Shown here one piece after another: positions 37,301 to 49,988 of a DNA stretch of 64,000 nucleotides. The position numbers and the translations under genes are program-made. This stretch comes from Nageia nagi (taxonomy: Eukaryota > Plantae > Pinophyta), in contig JBITNC010000001.1 in NCBI GenBank assembly GCA_050084985.1, positions 163,618,001-163,682,000 on the forward strand, in the 5' to 3' direction. A model generated the notes under the pieces. That model did no database searches. It was not told the origin of the DNA and saw nothing but the letters and a program-made list of their open reading frames with translations. How positions within the stretch are numbered: position 1 is the first letter of the stretch; every line of letters starts with the position of its first letter.

Positions 37301-40102
37301 CTGTTAAGGAAGGAGAAATTGTATGCCAACTTGAAGAAATGCAAATTTCTATAGGAAAGTTTAGTGTTTTTGGGATTTGTGGTCTCAAAAGGTCTCAAGA
37401 TGGAAGAAGAAAAGGTACAAGCGATTGTTGACTGTCCTAGTCCAAGGAGCATAACTGAGGTTAGGAGTTTCCATGGCTTGGCAACCTTTTACAGAAAGTT
37501 CATCAGGAACTTTAGTAGCCTTGTGGCACCTATCACAGAATAAATGAAAGGGAAGGAATTCTCATGGACAAAGGCAGCACAAGAGAGTTTTGAACTCTTA
37601 AAGAAGAAAATAAAAATAGCTCCTATTTTAGTGTTACTTGATTTCAGAAAACTATTTGAGGTTGATTGTGATGTTTGTCACCTTTGGGATTAGAGTTGTG
37701 TTAAGCCAAGAGGGATGTTCTGTTGCATTCTTCAATGAAAAGTTGTATGAGGTAAGAAGGAACTACTCCACTTATGATGTTGAATTCTACGCTATTGTTC
37801 AAGCATTACGATATTGGTGCCACTACTTACTGTCTAAGGAATTTGTACTCTTCATTGATCATGAAGCATTGAGGTATATTAATTCTCAGAAGAAGTTTAA
37901 TAGTAGGCATGCAAAGTGGGGATCATTCATTCAAGAATATGTGTTTATTTTAAAACATAAATCAAGGAAGCAAAATAAAGTTGCAAATGCATTAAGTAGG
38001 AGAACATTGTTAGTAAGTACCATGGAGAATGTAGTAGTTGGGTTTGAGAGTATCAAAGGTATGTATGAAGATGACTCTAACTTTGCACATGTTGTGTGAC
38101 AGTTTAAAGACCCAACCATGGATGAAGTTGGTCTTATTTTTGCAGAATATGTTATGCAGGATGGGTATTTATTCAAGGGTACATAGTTATGTATTCTAGT
38201 TGGTTCCATGAGGGAAAATCTCTTGCGAGAGTTGCATAGCAAGGGTCTAGCTATGCACTTTGGAGTAGACAAAACACTCACACTTGTTGCAAGGAAGTAT
38301 TTTTGGCCAAATTTGAGGGATGTGACCAGGTTTGTGAGATGATGCAGGATATGTCAGACAACTAAAGGCCAGGCTCAAAATACTGGTTTGTATATGCCCT
38401 TCTTGATCCCTACCAAACCTTGGGTAGATTTGAGCATGAATTTTATTTTGGGACTATCATGAACTCAGCAAGGTAAGGATTCAATCTTTGTTGTTGTTGA
38501 TAGGTTCTCTAAGATGGCCCATTTTCTTGCATATAAGAAGATCGAAGATGCCACTAGTGTTGCAATGTTGTTCTTTGATGAAATTGTAAGGCTACATGGA
38601 GTCCCAAAATCTATCACCTCATATCAAGATGTCAAATTTTTTAGCCACTTTTGGAGGACCCTATGGAAGAAAATGGAGACACAGTTACAGTTCAATAGTG
38701 CATATCACCCACAAACTGATGGACAAACAGAGGTTGTAAATCGTAGCTTGGGTAATCTCTTATGATGCATAGTTGGAGCAAAGCCAAAGCAATGGGATCA
38801 AGCTTTAGCATACGCAAAGTTCGCATATAACAGTTCAGTTAATCGATCCACAAGGAAGTCACCATTACAAATTGTTTATGGAAAGAATCCTAAAGGTGTT
38901 CTCGACTTGGTTGAATTACCACTCACACAAAATGTTAGTGATGATGTTGAGGTGTTTGTTAAACACATACAACAATTGCAAGTGGAGGTTCGAGTATAGT
39001 TACAAGAGAATAATGCCAACTATAAGGAAGCAGCAGATTTGCATTGAAGAGAGAAGATATTCCAGGAGGGTGATTTAGTGATGGTCCACCTTCATAGAGA
39101 ACAATTTCCTAAAGGCACGTACAATAAGCTAAAGATGAAGAAGATTGGTCCTTGCAAGATTCTAGAGAAGAGGAATGACAATCCATATAAGGTGGAATTG
39201 CAAGAGGACCTGGATATTTCACCTATTTCAATATTTCTTATTTATATGCATTCCATGGGGAAATTCATGATGGTGAGGTAGAAGGTCAAGTAAACTGGGA
39301 GGAACAGCTTCCCAAGAAAAAGAAGGAACGCATCGTGCAGATCCTTGATCAAAAGGTGATCACCACTAGACATGGCCAATATCCCAAGTACTTGGTATGA
39401 TGGGAAGGATTATCTGTAGCCAAAAATAGTTGGATTTAAGAAGGGGAATTGAAGAAGCTTGACAACAAGAAGCTCCAAGAATTCCATCAATTGAACTCAC
39501 AGGAGCTAAGTTCTCTTCAACCAAAGGAGATGATGCACTCAATCGGGCCTAAAATCTTGGGTCACCTTGTCAGGCCGTAGCTTTTGATCTGGGTGCCCGT
39601 TGGGGCCCCTTTTTATTTCAAATTGCCTTAGATTTTTTAGACCACATTTTGGGGCCTGATGACTTCATCTTGGACCCTGAATTTCGCATGCAAAGTTATT
39701 TCCCAATTTTTGAAAGTGTTAGTTTTTTAGTAGTTTTTAATAAGAGTATCAATTTAGTGATGCTATTTTAGAAATGGCACAGTTAATCTATAATGGATGC
39801 ATGACTCTAGTTCAAAACTCATCCAAGCTATTTTGTAGCCTTTCTAAAACTAGTAAGCTGATTTTTCTAGGTGTAACAAAAACTTACTATTTTTAGTAAG
39901 TTCCGTTATGTAGAATTGGAGGTGGAATTTGGGTATAAAGGAAATGTAATCCTCTTGAAGGAGGCAATCTAGATTCGAAAATAAAAAAAAATTCATTATT
40001 TGGCGAAATTCTTTGTTCATGGTAATTCTTTGTCTATGGAATTAACAAACCAAAAATTACCCCTTGAGTCCATTATTGGTCTCTTGTAATGAATCTGCAC
40101 CA
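34371..40102 (+). mobile_element. Full-length Ty3/Gypsy chromovirus, CRM-like (5.73 kb)
   Basis: Two 572-bp LTRs (34371-34942 and 39531-40102) with TGATG...CACCA ends. TSD ATGGT at 34366-34370 and 40103-40107. PBS TGGTATCAGAG at 34945-34955. Domain order gag-PR-RT-RH-INT-chromodomain. Confidence 0.96.
34990..39525 (+). pseudogene. CRM-like gag-pol with C-terminal chromodomain (disrupted)
   Basis: KVKLACTKLKGHAL gag; NIFCMRCTFGGKVCNVIIDGGSCENLVS (CRM-type protease, 35977-36525); RT VVYFDDILIFS; RNase H NYSTYDVEFYAIVQALRYW; integrase [21 protein letters not shown]; GPCKILEK; ILDQKVITTRHGQYPKYLV*WEGL...SWI chromodomain at ~39335-39460. Confidence 0.93.
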
Positions 40103-43100
40103 ATGGTTCAAAGTGGATGTACTCCCAAGAGTTGAAGGAACCACTATACATGGTGTGTTATCATTTGTGTGACTGATCCTTGTTTTTCTAGATGGATGAA
40201 TGTTAGATTTGTTGGAGAAGCTTCAAGGAGATCTTGGTTTATGAAATCCTTCAATTCCATCACTTTTGAGCCCAAAAAGCCTAAAAAAGGTCATTATGAC
40301 AAAAAAGCACATTTTGGTCAATTTTGAGCCAAGAAGTGGCCAATATGGTAAAAATGTGCATTTTTGCATAGTTCGAGCCCGGAATGCTTGGAAATGACCA
40401 AAATGCAAAGTTGAGCTCAAAGTGCTCAAAAATACCGAAAATGTAGAATTTGAGCTTGAAATGCCAAAAATATCGAAAATGATCATTTTTGCACATCTTA
40501 AGTCCGAAATTACAGACTTTGAGCTTGAAATATCAAAAATGATCCTTTTTTACCGTTCAAGCTCGAAAATGTTCGAAAATATCAAAAATGGTCGAAAGTG
40601 CATACTTTGAGCCTGGAAATGCATAGCTTGGGCCCATAAAAGATGGAAAAGACCAGAAGTATGCAGTTGAGCCCATAATGGATTAGAAAAACAAGTTTGA
40701 GCATCCTTGGAGGATGAAATCAAAAAATAAGCATTTTGGTGCCTAAGAAGTTGGAGGATGAAATCAAAAAATAAGCATTTTGGTGCCTAAGAAGCCTCGA
40801 GTTGAGCCTAGGAAAATGGGTTTTTTTCTAAATGCTCAAAATGAAAATCTGAGAGAAAGGTGTGATGCCAAATGATGAATTAAGGCAACTTTGCTCTTAG
40901 AAATTTCAAAAAAACTCAAGTTTCACCCTCCAAAAAGTTAGGGGGAGTTTTGCAAGTTTTCCCTCACTCTATCAAATCTCGAAAATGGCCTATTATCTTC
41001 AAAACCTACACCTACGTTTTGGGAGGCCCAAATTGAGATAGAAGTGGGATTTTTGATCTTGGGAGCTTGGAGATTATGATTCTACATCAAATTGGTCTTT
41101 CAAGTTCCCAATTTCGATAAATTTTGCTTCCTCAAAAGTGGAAAATGAGCAAAAAGGACAACCAATAAGAATGCATCAAAATGAAAATCTAAGAGAAAGG
41201 TGTGATGCCGAATCCAATTTTAGGCACCTTTGCTTTTGAAATTTTTGAAAAAAATTAAAAAGCACCCCCCTAAAAGCTAGGCATAGGTTTTGCATGTTTT
41301 CCTACCTTTGGCCAAATTTTGAAAATGGCCTAATTCCCTCAAAACTAGATTGCAAAAAAAAAAAAATGAAATTTTTGATCCCCATGAGGTGCAGGATGGG
41401 ATTTCACACAAAATTGATGATTTGAGTTTTCCAAAAAAATGAGATCTACTTCTTCAAAATCATCAAAAATTGATTAGCCAATGAGAGACCTCCAAAATTT
41501 TCCAAAGTTGGCCAAATCAAAAAAGAAGAAAGAGGTAGGGTAGCAAATCCAAAATGGAGCATCTTTCCTCTTGAAATTAAAAAAAAAAAAACAACAACTT
41601 TTTGACCCCCAAAAAGTTAGGTGGCTCTTTTTCTCAAAGTTCCAAACTTGCCTAAAAATCCCAAAACCTAACCCAAACTTGGGAGTGCCTAAAATTGCTC
41701 AAAAATCAAAACTTTTGGTCCTAAGAGCATGGGAAATCCAATTTTGCACAAGTTTTATGTTTTAAGTTTTTGAAAAAAAACGGATCTACTCCCTCAAAAT
41801 CACAAAAAATGGATCAGCTGATGGGAGAGCTTGAATATTATCCAAATTTTTCAAAATAATCAAAATCAAAATTGGAGAGAAAGGTAGGGTGGAAAATCCA
41901 AAGTTGAGCAACATTGCCTCTTGGAACTTTTCAAAAAACTCAAGATTTGCCTTCCAAAAAGTTAGGGGAGAGTTTTGAAAGTTTTGGGCCATTTCACCAA
42001 AGTTCTAAACATGCCCAAAACCTCTTAAACCTACGCCTAGCCTCCTTCACCCCCAAACTTGCTTAAAGTTGCCATTTTATGATTCCATGTGATAGGTGGT
42101 GTGATTCTACACCATTTTGGTCTCTCATTTGTGCAATTGGTCCATCAAAAACTCCCAAAAACCATCTTTTGGTCTTCAAAGAGGACTCAAGGGCTAACAA
42201 ACTCAAAATTTAAAATCCAAACTCAAAATATTTGGTACCTATGCTTGTTTCTTGGTCCTTAACATACAAGTTGAATGGTATTCTATGTCAGTTTCTCCTT
42301 TCATGACATCTTTTTAGATCCATCCAAAATCATTACCCTTTCACTTTGAAACTTTCTATTTCCATCCATTTGAGGTTCATCCCTACTCCTTTTTGAAGCA
42401 ATTCAAATGTGAAGTTGTTTGCTTGCAATGTTGGATGAATTGGATGAAGAGTCTTTAACTGATTAAGAAGAGATCAACACTTAGACACCTTCCTGTTAGT
42501 GAACCTCAAACTCATATCCGATCAAGTATTCATTCCTTCTCCAAGGTGTTCTCCTTCACCTTTTACTGTATTGTCTTTATGCTTTATTTATGCTTTCGAA
42601 CCCAAATACAATTTTTAAGTCCACACAAATATTTCGAATAAACTCTATACACCAAATAAAACAACGTTGGTTAACAGACTATTACCTCTCATGAGGGACA
42701 TCACACTTTCTTTTATCTATCTCTACACCAGAAACACACTTGACAAACATACCTACAACGTCAAAACGTTGAGTTGTTGAGTAGGGTGTTTCAACAAGAG
42801 CCTTGGAGGTATAAAGTTCTTTTCAAATGGGGGAATTGGTCACATATTCCCAACTACGTTGCTTGGGAGCTCCTAAGTCCTTCACATGATTTTCAAAGAG
42901 TCGCTGCGGGGAAAGAAAAGCCTCCCAACACATCCGAATATAGTAAATACTTCTACTATATTACAAATATTACAATCCTTAAGGATTATGTGTCTAACAA
43001 CTAGTAGAACTAGCTAGTACATACACTATAATCATGAAGAATATTTACAATTTTTGGCTATATAAGTAACTCTTCCTGTAGATGTTGATGTTTATTCTTA

Positions 43101-44241
43101 ATAAATTTGTCCCCAAGTTTTGCTTAACATGTCATTTTATTTCTCTCCCATGCAATCTTTAAACAAATGATTGATATAAGGATCATCTAAAAAAACATAA
43201 CATTAAGCTACTGATTACAATTCAACATGCAAAATAATGTATTGCAGTTTGAAGTAGAAGATCAATATCTTAATAGTTAATTTGGTTGCAGATCATAAAT
43301 TAACATTTTGTTTTCTGTCAGTCGAACATCATCTTAAACTTATTTTTGTATCATGCATTTTATTGTGTAAAATAAACTTATGAAGTCGTCAAAAAACATG
43401 TTACAACTTCACCTAAGATCTTTTTCTTCTGTTTTACCACCAATTGCCTTGTTATAACAAAGATGCAGGGGACCATCCACGCTCAAATTAAAAAAAAAAC
43501 TTGTGCAATTCAACATTTTCTATATCACCTTCCATGTCAAAAGTCATTTTTTCATTGTGTATATTAGTTATTGCGAGCTTGGTTTTGATATTAATAGTAT
43601 ATTATTAGAAATCTTTGGACTTTCAAGGTTTCTAAAGACGAACAAAAGTATTTCAGATGAAACAAATCATGTCACACACTTTTTATGTTTTCTATTTATT
43701 TGTCAGTCTTACAATTAAACCAGATTTGCTGGTTGTTTTTAAATACATCCACATGTAGCTGTAATGGAACATAAGGTCTTGATTAATGGAACAATCTGCA
43801 AGAGAATAATGATATATGAAATAAAAGAATTGCTCTAAAGAGATGGCATGATAGTAGATATCTTAGAAGACCTTTTAATCAATCAACAAAGAGCAGCTCC
43901 TAAGAACTTAATATTCAGGATAAATAGAATTGTGACACTTATCAAAAGAATTATGCAGTCACTATTTTCAACATCATTTGACAAATGCACATGCCAGCCA
44001 GCGATATAGAATGCCAAATTAATCGTCTCAGCCTTCCGGTTGTCCTAGCAACTCTCTTATTTCTCTAAACCTCAGACGGTGAGGTTCCACTCTAAATTGT
44101 GATTGAACTTTCAATATAAATATGAAAGAATAAAAAAACGTCTCTCACAAGTTAACCAATGCAGCTTCTCCATCCAAAATATCACAATTTTTATGTGTAT
44201 AGATATGGTTATAAACCATAGGAAACAGTCACTAGATAAGC

Positions 44242-44305
44242 TCACTTTGGTGGCTGCCAAGTTCCTGGCTGAAAGGACTGTCCTGTGCCTCTAGGCTCTG
44301 AAGAC
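44242..44305 (-). CDS. NDUFAF2: Terminal coding exon of the NDUFAF2/mimitin-like (NDUFA12-family) complex I assembly factor gene
   Basis: Acceptor gtttatag, then phase-2 reading SSEPRGTGQSFQPGTWQPPK*. This matches the C-terminal G.G.SF.PGTWQPP motif I recall for plant NDUFAF2-like proteins (from memory, not searched). Confidence 0.85.
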
Positions 44306-44798
44306 CTATAAACATTAACAGGATATCAGAAAAAATCCTAAATGAATCATTTTAATGTTAAACTCATTGTAAAGTGATATGTACAATCTGTCAATTTGTT
44401 ATTACAAATCCAAGTTAGTGCATAACTTCTTTGTACTACTTCCGTTATAAAATAATAACGATGTAAGATACAGAAGATCATGGTAGAATGACTATGACAA
44501 AAAAAAATACAAAATAGTACTTTGGAGGGATCTCCATGGTTTTTGAGAGCAAGCATGAAACATCTACAATTGATAAGATATTTATAAAATAAATGACCTA
44601 TGAGAAGTGTCAAATCTATTAACTTTTAGTTTCAGACATTTCTCTACACTGCTTGCAAGGTAAAATTCCAATAATTTAATAAGCAATGTCATGCTTCAGA
44701 GACATGACGAGGCAATTTAATTTAACTATTTGTTAACAGATATACTTGTTTTTTTTAATCAAAAACATCTAAGGAGACCTGTGAACAAAACCACTTAC

Positions 44799-44858
44799 TC
44801 TGAGGGCTGCCAGGTTTCAGGTTGAAAAGAATCTCCTGCCCCTCTTTTTTCCGAATCT
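44799..44858 (-). CDS. NDUFAF2: 60-nt exon of the NDUFAF2-like gene; diverged duplicate of the terminal exon
   Basis: Acceptor tgctacag, donor gtaagt, phase 2-2. Encodes (R)DSEKRGAGDSFQPETWQPS(E). Confidence 0.72.
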
Positions 44859-46303
44859 CTGTAGCATAGAATGCATAAAGGTTAAATTCTTACCATAATA
44901 TCACAGGAAAGACCAACTAAAATTTCCATGTTGGTCAAAATCTATTTTGGAAAGCAAGATGCACAACGATGATGGACACAGCTATTTTCACTAACATTTC
45001 ATTAATGCATTCTCTCACACATCAACAAAAGACAGAAAAGCCTTCCTTATCATAAGCTTGCCATGGCCTTTCATTGCCGGACAACTGCTCATTTTTCTGA
45101 AGATTTTATTCGGGATGCAACTTTTTGTTGGAAAAAATAAGAATTCTTCAAACTACATTCCTTCCAAGTTGTATTCACTGGAGATAAAGGAAAGAATTAC
45201 TAGAGGCTTGGGCATTTCCAGATCAAATATGATAAGCTGCTTGCCAATTGCACATAACGTTTAGTTATACAAGTTAATAAGTATTTTCCAAAGTGTTCAC
45301 TGAGATCCTTGTTGACTTTTGGCCAACAATCCGTGCAGACTTATGATTTGGTTGGCCTCAATAGTCATCCCACCAGAATTTCAAAGAGATAAATAGCATT
45401 GATCTTGTCCCTTTGGATTTGTTGTAGATATTTGTCTTCCAAAAACAATAGCACTCACTCACCACTTACAAACCAAACAATGTAAAAGAACAAAACGCAT
45501 AAGCATCACAGTTTCCAGCACGGCACATAGCATCAATAACAACTTTCTATTAACTGTTACACAAAAGGAAAAACAATCTCTAATCATAAAACTAGCTAAA
45601 ATTCTCTACTACTAGCTAATAATACTATTTTATTACAGAGACTGAGAATGACTCTTAGTCAGAATAGAGAACATATGACAAATAGGCCACCAAACAACTG
45701 TAAATGACTGATAAATTTAGTCTTAGGAATTTTTTTAATAGACTGAACAGAATTTATTCCTTTGTAATTTTTTTAATAGACTGAACAGAATTTATTCCTT
45801 TGTCTTACTTAACCCCTTTGATATCTGATTTAAAAGAGAATGACCACAGTTCTAAAGTGAGGAATCAGGTTGACACTTGTGCAAAGATCAAACAGGGTAA
45901 GAGGCCAATTGAAATTTGTCTTCTTCCTTCTTCATCAGCATCATCATTCCAACATTTGCTTCTAGAAAGGCTTTTACAGACTCAGTATTTTGGTTGCATT
46001 CAAACTTCAATTGTAAACAAAAATAAGCGGGTCTTTTATGGGACTGCTTTAAGGACATTATGGTTGTCTTTTTCCAGGTATCTATCATAACATTCCAGGA
46101 CAGACTTTAATAGTGTCTGGCAAGGACTTTTTCTGTCACGAGATATTTATGCAATCAAAGTGACAGGTCTGTTATAAAGCAGTTTTGGTAGAGAAGCATT
46201 CAATAAGATGACATGAACAAGTGATTACAACAAACTGCTAAAATTATTTTTGGCCTTTGTTGAGTCATGTGAGGGTTCCAAAGCATCTAGTGTCTAAATT
46301 CAT

Positions 46304-46538
46304 CAAATTCAAAAGCATTTTGACAAATGGATAAAACTGCATTACAAATGTTTCACTGAATCTCTGCAATGCCTCTACCTCATATTTAGTATAACAATAT
46401 GATGGCATCTAAATATGCCATCCCTCTCTACATTTTTCAAATTCAAAAGCTTTTCAATAAATGGGTAAAATTGCATTACAAATGTTTCACTCAATCTCTG
46501 CAATGCCTCTACCTCATATTTAGTATAACAATATGATG
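46304..46538. repeat. ~100-bp direct duplication in an intron (46304-46404 and 46438-46538)
   Basis: caaattcaaaagc...tgcattacaaatgtttcact.aatctctgcaatgcctctacctcatatttagtataacaatatgatg is present twice. A smaller duplicated block also lies at ~45728-45803. Confidence 0.85.
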
Positions 46539-46819
46539 TACTAACAATCAACATAAGGAACAATACAAGCATTTTACGGAGAGTGAAGCAGTATAACGAA
46601 TAGAACATGTTTTGGGAAAGCATTCAATGATAGCAATTATATATTGAATGAAACCTTTAAAATGAATAGAATTTATAAATAAAATGTGAAAATGCTAAAA
46701 CAGCTTCAATTTTCCACTTGTATGATAATAACACTTTCCCTGCCTCGTACACAAACCAATTCCAAACAAATGCCAAAGCTCCAAAGCAATTAAATGTGAG
46801 CGTTTTAGGAAGATTGTAC

Positions 46820-46874
46820 CTGAACCTCTCAGCACCTTCGTATGACTCATGTGATATTGTCTCTGTGCCTTCAC
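46820..46874 (-). CDS. NDUFAF2: 55-nt internal exon of the NDUFAF2-like gene
   Basis: Acceptor tttgaacag, donor AG|gtacaa, phase 1-2. This links the phase-1 upstream exon to the phase-2 downstream exons exactly. Encodes GEGTETISHESYEGAERF(R). Confidence 0.75.
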
Positions 46875-48151
46875 CTGTTCAAACCATAAATACCACAAGC
46901 AACATTCCAAAGGAAGTGTTACAACCAAAACCATTTTGCACAAAAATGAAATCAATAATAAATGCCCAATCAATAGATATGATATCAACATTGATCATGA
47001 AAGCTTAAACAAAGAAAGGATAGACGAATTAACCCTGAAAAAGACAATCAAAAGAATGACCTCCGTTGAAAAAATGGCTCTAGTGAGTTAACTCCCTAAG
47101 AGAACAATGACTACAATGCCCGACTTGCTGACCCTCTAATGGTATTAGTCTTCGAAATTTACATTTAAGATATATATTTCTTAAACTGAAAAGAATTTAA
47201 ATCCAAATTTTGCAAATACACGAGTTGAATGAATGGGGGTGTTGCCAAAACATCAACTAGATGCCTATCCTTTATCAAAACATTATAACAAGGAACTGGG
47301 ATAGTACGTAGGTGAACTCTACTATACTCAGGATGGTGTTGCAAGCTCCTAATAGAATCCAATGAACTGTCAAGAGGGTTGATTAGCCGATCTTATTTGA
47401 TAGATGAGGGCAATTAAATTATAATAAACATGAGTAGTTCATCAATCAGCCTAAGGCAATTTAAACATAACTTTTCTCCATTTACCCCTTCTCCCCTTTG
47501 AACAATTATCTTGTGTGTATGCGCTTATTCAAAAGCTCAAGAAAGATCACAGGCAAGACAACAAAGCTAATCCTCTTTATACCCAATCTGCCTTAAGGAA
47601 AAATAGAATTTTTATTAATGTTTTAAATGTCCACTCATGAAAAAAAGGATGTGAATGGGACCCAAATAGAAAATGCCTACCAGACAAATAACTTGCTGAG
47701 ATCTTATTAAATTTGTGATGTTTCTTTTACCTTGCTTATTTACAAAAGAGAAGGCTATGAAATATGTTTGAAAAGATTTAAAAGTAAAATGCGATAAGCA
47801 GGAATAGTTTTCGTTTCACCTGTTAGATGTCAAAAGTTGTTTCAATCATTGCCCAAATCCCCATTCCCACTATAGTGAATCTAATAACTACAATATTTAT
47901 GTTAAACTAAAGAAAAGATTGAATCTCACTAGTGATACCATATGCACTCCCTGCTGTTCAAAGGACTCACTAGTGAGCAGAATATATATTATTTGCATTG
48001 TGTACATATAGTACTTCAATGTAAATTAATCAGTCACAAAATTATGCTTAAAGGAATTCAAGATATCATAAAGAACTTCCTTCAGTCGCAGTAGCATCCA
48101 TGTATATTTCACCATACAGATCATATTCAGGTGCCATGCTAAAATATATAC

Positions 48152-48223
48152 CTTTACTATGGGAAACAGTAGCATCACTCAACTGCTGAATGAACCTTTC
48201 CAAATTTGGTGGACCAACATCAC
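48152..48223 (-). CDS. NDUFAF2: 72-nt internal exon of the NDUFAF2-like gene (upstream exons lie beyond the window)
   Basis: Strong acceptor ttttgttttcgttttcttatacag, donor AG|gtatat, phase 1-1. Encodes (G)DVGPPNLERFIQQLSDATVSHSK, similar to the recalled angiosperm motif GKVGGPDLKSFIRQF. Confidence 0.82.
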
Positions 48224-48681
48224 CTGTATAAGAAAACGAAAACAAAAATGAACTTTAAAACATTTGAGTACAAGAATCTATTTTAAAAAGAAACAAAAAG
48301 AAAACCGAGCTTGACCATATAGTTACTCATAAGCACCTATTCGTGTCAGGTGTAAGATTTTCACTATAACACAGTACTATCAGGTCAACAGTAAAGTGGC
48401 AAATGTACAGGAAGTACGATTGCACAGACAACCCAAGGTGTTCAGAGGCACCATGCTGCTGTGGCTACATCAAGTTCTACATCATTTCAAGGAAAACTAA
48501 ATATGTATTAGCCTAATCATCTTAAATAAAAAATGCAAGCAGCAATATCCAATGCAAGATAAATAAGAGGACATTCATATGTCAGCAAAGATCTATTTTT
48601 CTTCACTTTTGCAACAAGGTAACATTTGTTTCATTGCTATCTCAACATAAGTAATTCCATGACGGATGCTATTCTTCCTCA

Positions 48682-49988
48682 TGATGTGGTACGCACCTCC
48701 TCTAGGAGGCATTCTTTGTGATTTAAAGTTATTTTATGTAATTAGAGGTAATTATGCCATTTTATGACTTCCTAACATGGATGAGCATTCATCTTGGGTG
48801 CAAAAAAGTATTAATTGAGCACTTAATGTTGGACATCCCTCTTCTAGGGATCTAGGTGTGATTTTTAATTAATAGGAGTATTTAATTATTTATTCAAGAG
48901 TCTTGGGCTATTTTCCACCATCGGATGTAAAAATGTAATTAATGATCTCAATCTATACTCCTAAAGGGTGACGTCTCACTTATGGGACATAATGAGGCCT
49001 TAAGTTGTAATTTGGTAGGTCCAATAGGTCAATTAGACTAGATGCCTCATCTTGGGGGGTTTAATAATGTTTTGTAACCCCAATGAGGAATTAGAATGTC
49101 TAGGTCGGGTCGGCCAACCCTTTCAGTGAGATGCCTCCTATAGAAGGCAATTAGAGTCTCATTTGAAGATATGTATGATTTGATTATTGATTTTAGGGTG
49201 GGTGCAAGCTCTCTTCCGCCTCTTGTGTGCACAAGGGAGGTACTTGGGTTCTAGCATTCCTCAAACCTTAGCTGACTGCTACTTTGAGGCCTAGCATTCC
49301 TTAAAGGTTTTTCGACTGCTACTTAGGGCCCGATATTCCCTAAGTTACCTAAAGACTGTCACCACTGCTGATGAGTCCTGGAATCCATCAGGGATTCACT
49401 CCAACTACTGCTACTACTGAGATTCATTTGGGATCTAACTAGTACTGAGATCCACCATTGTTGAGCAAGTGTGCACCTCCTGATCTGCTGAGAAGGGCTT
49501 TCTACTCCAGACGTCCAGTTCCTAAAGCCAATTTGAGCACATGTGAGGGTTCCTGAAGTGAGATCCAGTCTTCCTGGTTGAGATGTCTCATACTTGGGCA
49601 CAAATCTAGCTATTCAAGGCTTGTAATACATTTCTTTTGGTTCATTCGATCATTTGGTATTCAAGATATATTTTAATGTCATTAATTGTTGAGTGAGATT
49701 GAGATCTACTGTTTGGTAATTGGATGCATGCATTATTTTGGTGTAATTTCAATTGTTTATGCCCTTGAGTAGTTTGTCACATTTCTGGAAGCATGATTGG
49801 TGCATTTTGAGTGATTTTCCTGCTCTAGCTAGTTCATCCCATTTTTAGAATAATTGTGGAGTGATGAGAATTAATTTATAAGTATGAGTAGGGCATTTAG
49901 AGTAATTTTGGAAATTTATGGAAAATTAAGGAATTTATTCAGTAATCATTTGAGCTATTACTAAAGTTCCTGGATTGGGAGTATTACA
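48682..49988 (+). mobile_element. Intronic solo LTR (1.3 kb, Gypsy-type)
   Basis: TG at 48682 to gggagtattaCA at 49988. Near-TSD CCTCA/CCTAA. TATA-like cctatagaagg at ~49137. No PBS or PPT adjacent. Confidence 0.72.

Larger units (their letters stand above)
34050..40262 (+). mobile_element. Copia solo LTR (related to the LTRs of 4067-11919), split by the CRM element
   Basis: 34050-34370 plus 40108-40262 match the reverse complement of LTR 4067-4536 (taatgtaat.ttgt.taatatttctcttt, ttacccttggg, gagaggtacccct, agtggatgtactcccaag). TSD CTTTT at 34045-34049 and 40263-40267. Confidence 0.85.
33708..42627 (+). repeat. Probable LTR (~2.7 kb once inserts are removed: 33708-34049 plus 40268-42627) with degenerate internal subrepeats
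   Basis: Begins TGTTGTGCTTGCAAAACAC, nearly the same terminus as the giant LTR at 60378 (reverse complement). Subrepeats include a ~44-bp pair at 40708-40794 and ~340-bp-spaced blocks at ~40838/41178 and ~41520/41870. U5-like end ...ccacaCA. Flanks gctat/aatat are not a clean TSD. Confidence 0.5.

Noticed and set aside
40223-41992. Short ORFs in 40.2-42 kb
   Set aside because: They fall in A/T-run-rich degenerate subrepeats and show no domain signal.
45888-46088. Additional coding exon (KKEEDK-containing ORF) of the host gene
   Set aside because: No convincing donor, and the phase-compatible frame hits a stop. The four-exon chain is already frame-consistent without it.
47165-47362. Short minus-strand ORF in the intron
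   Set aside because: No recognisable domain and no phase-compatible splice pair.
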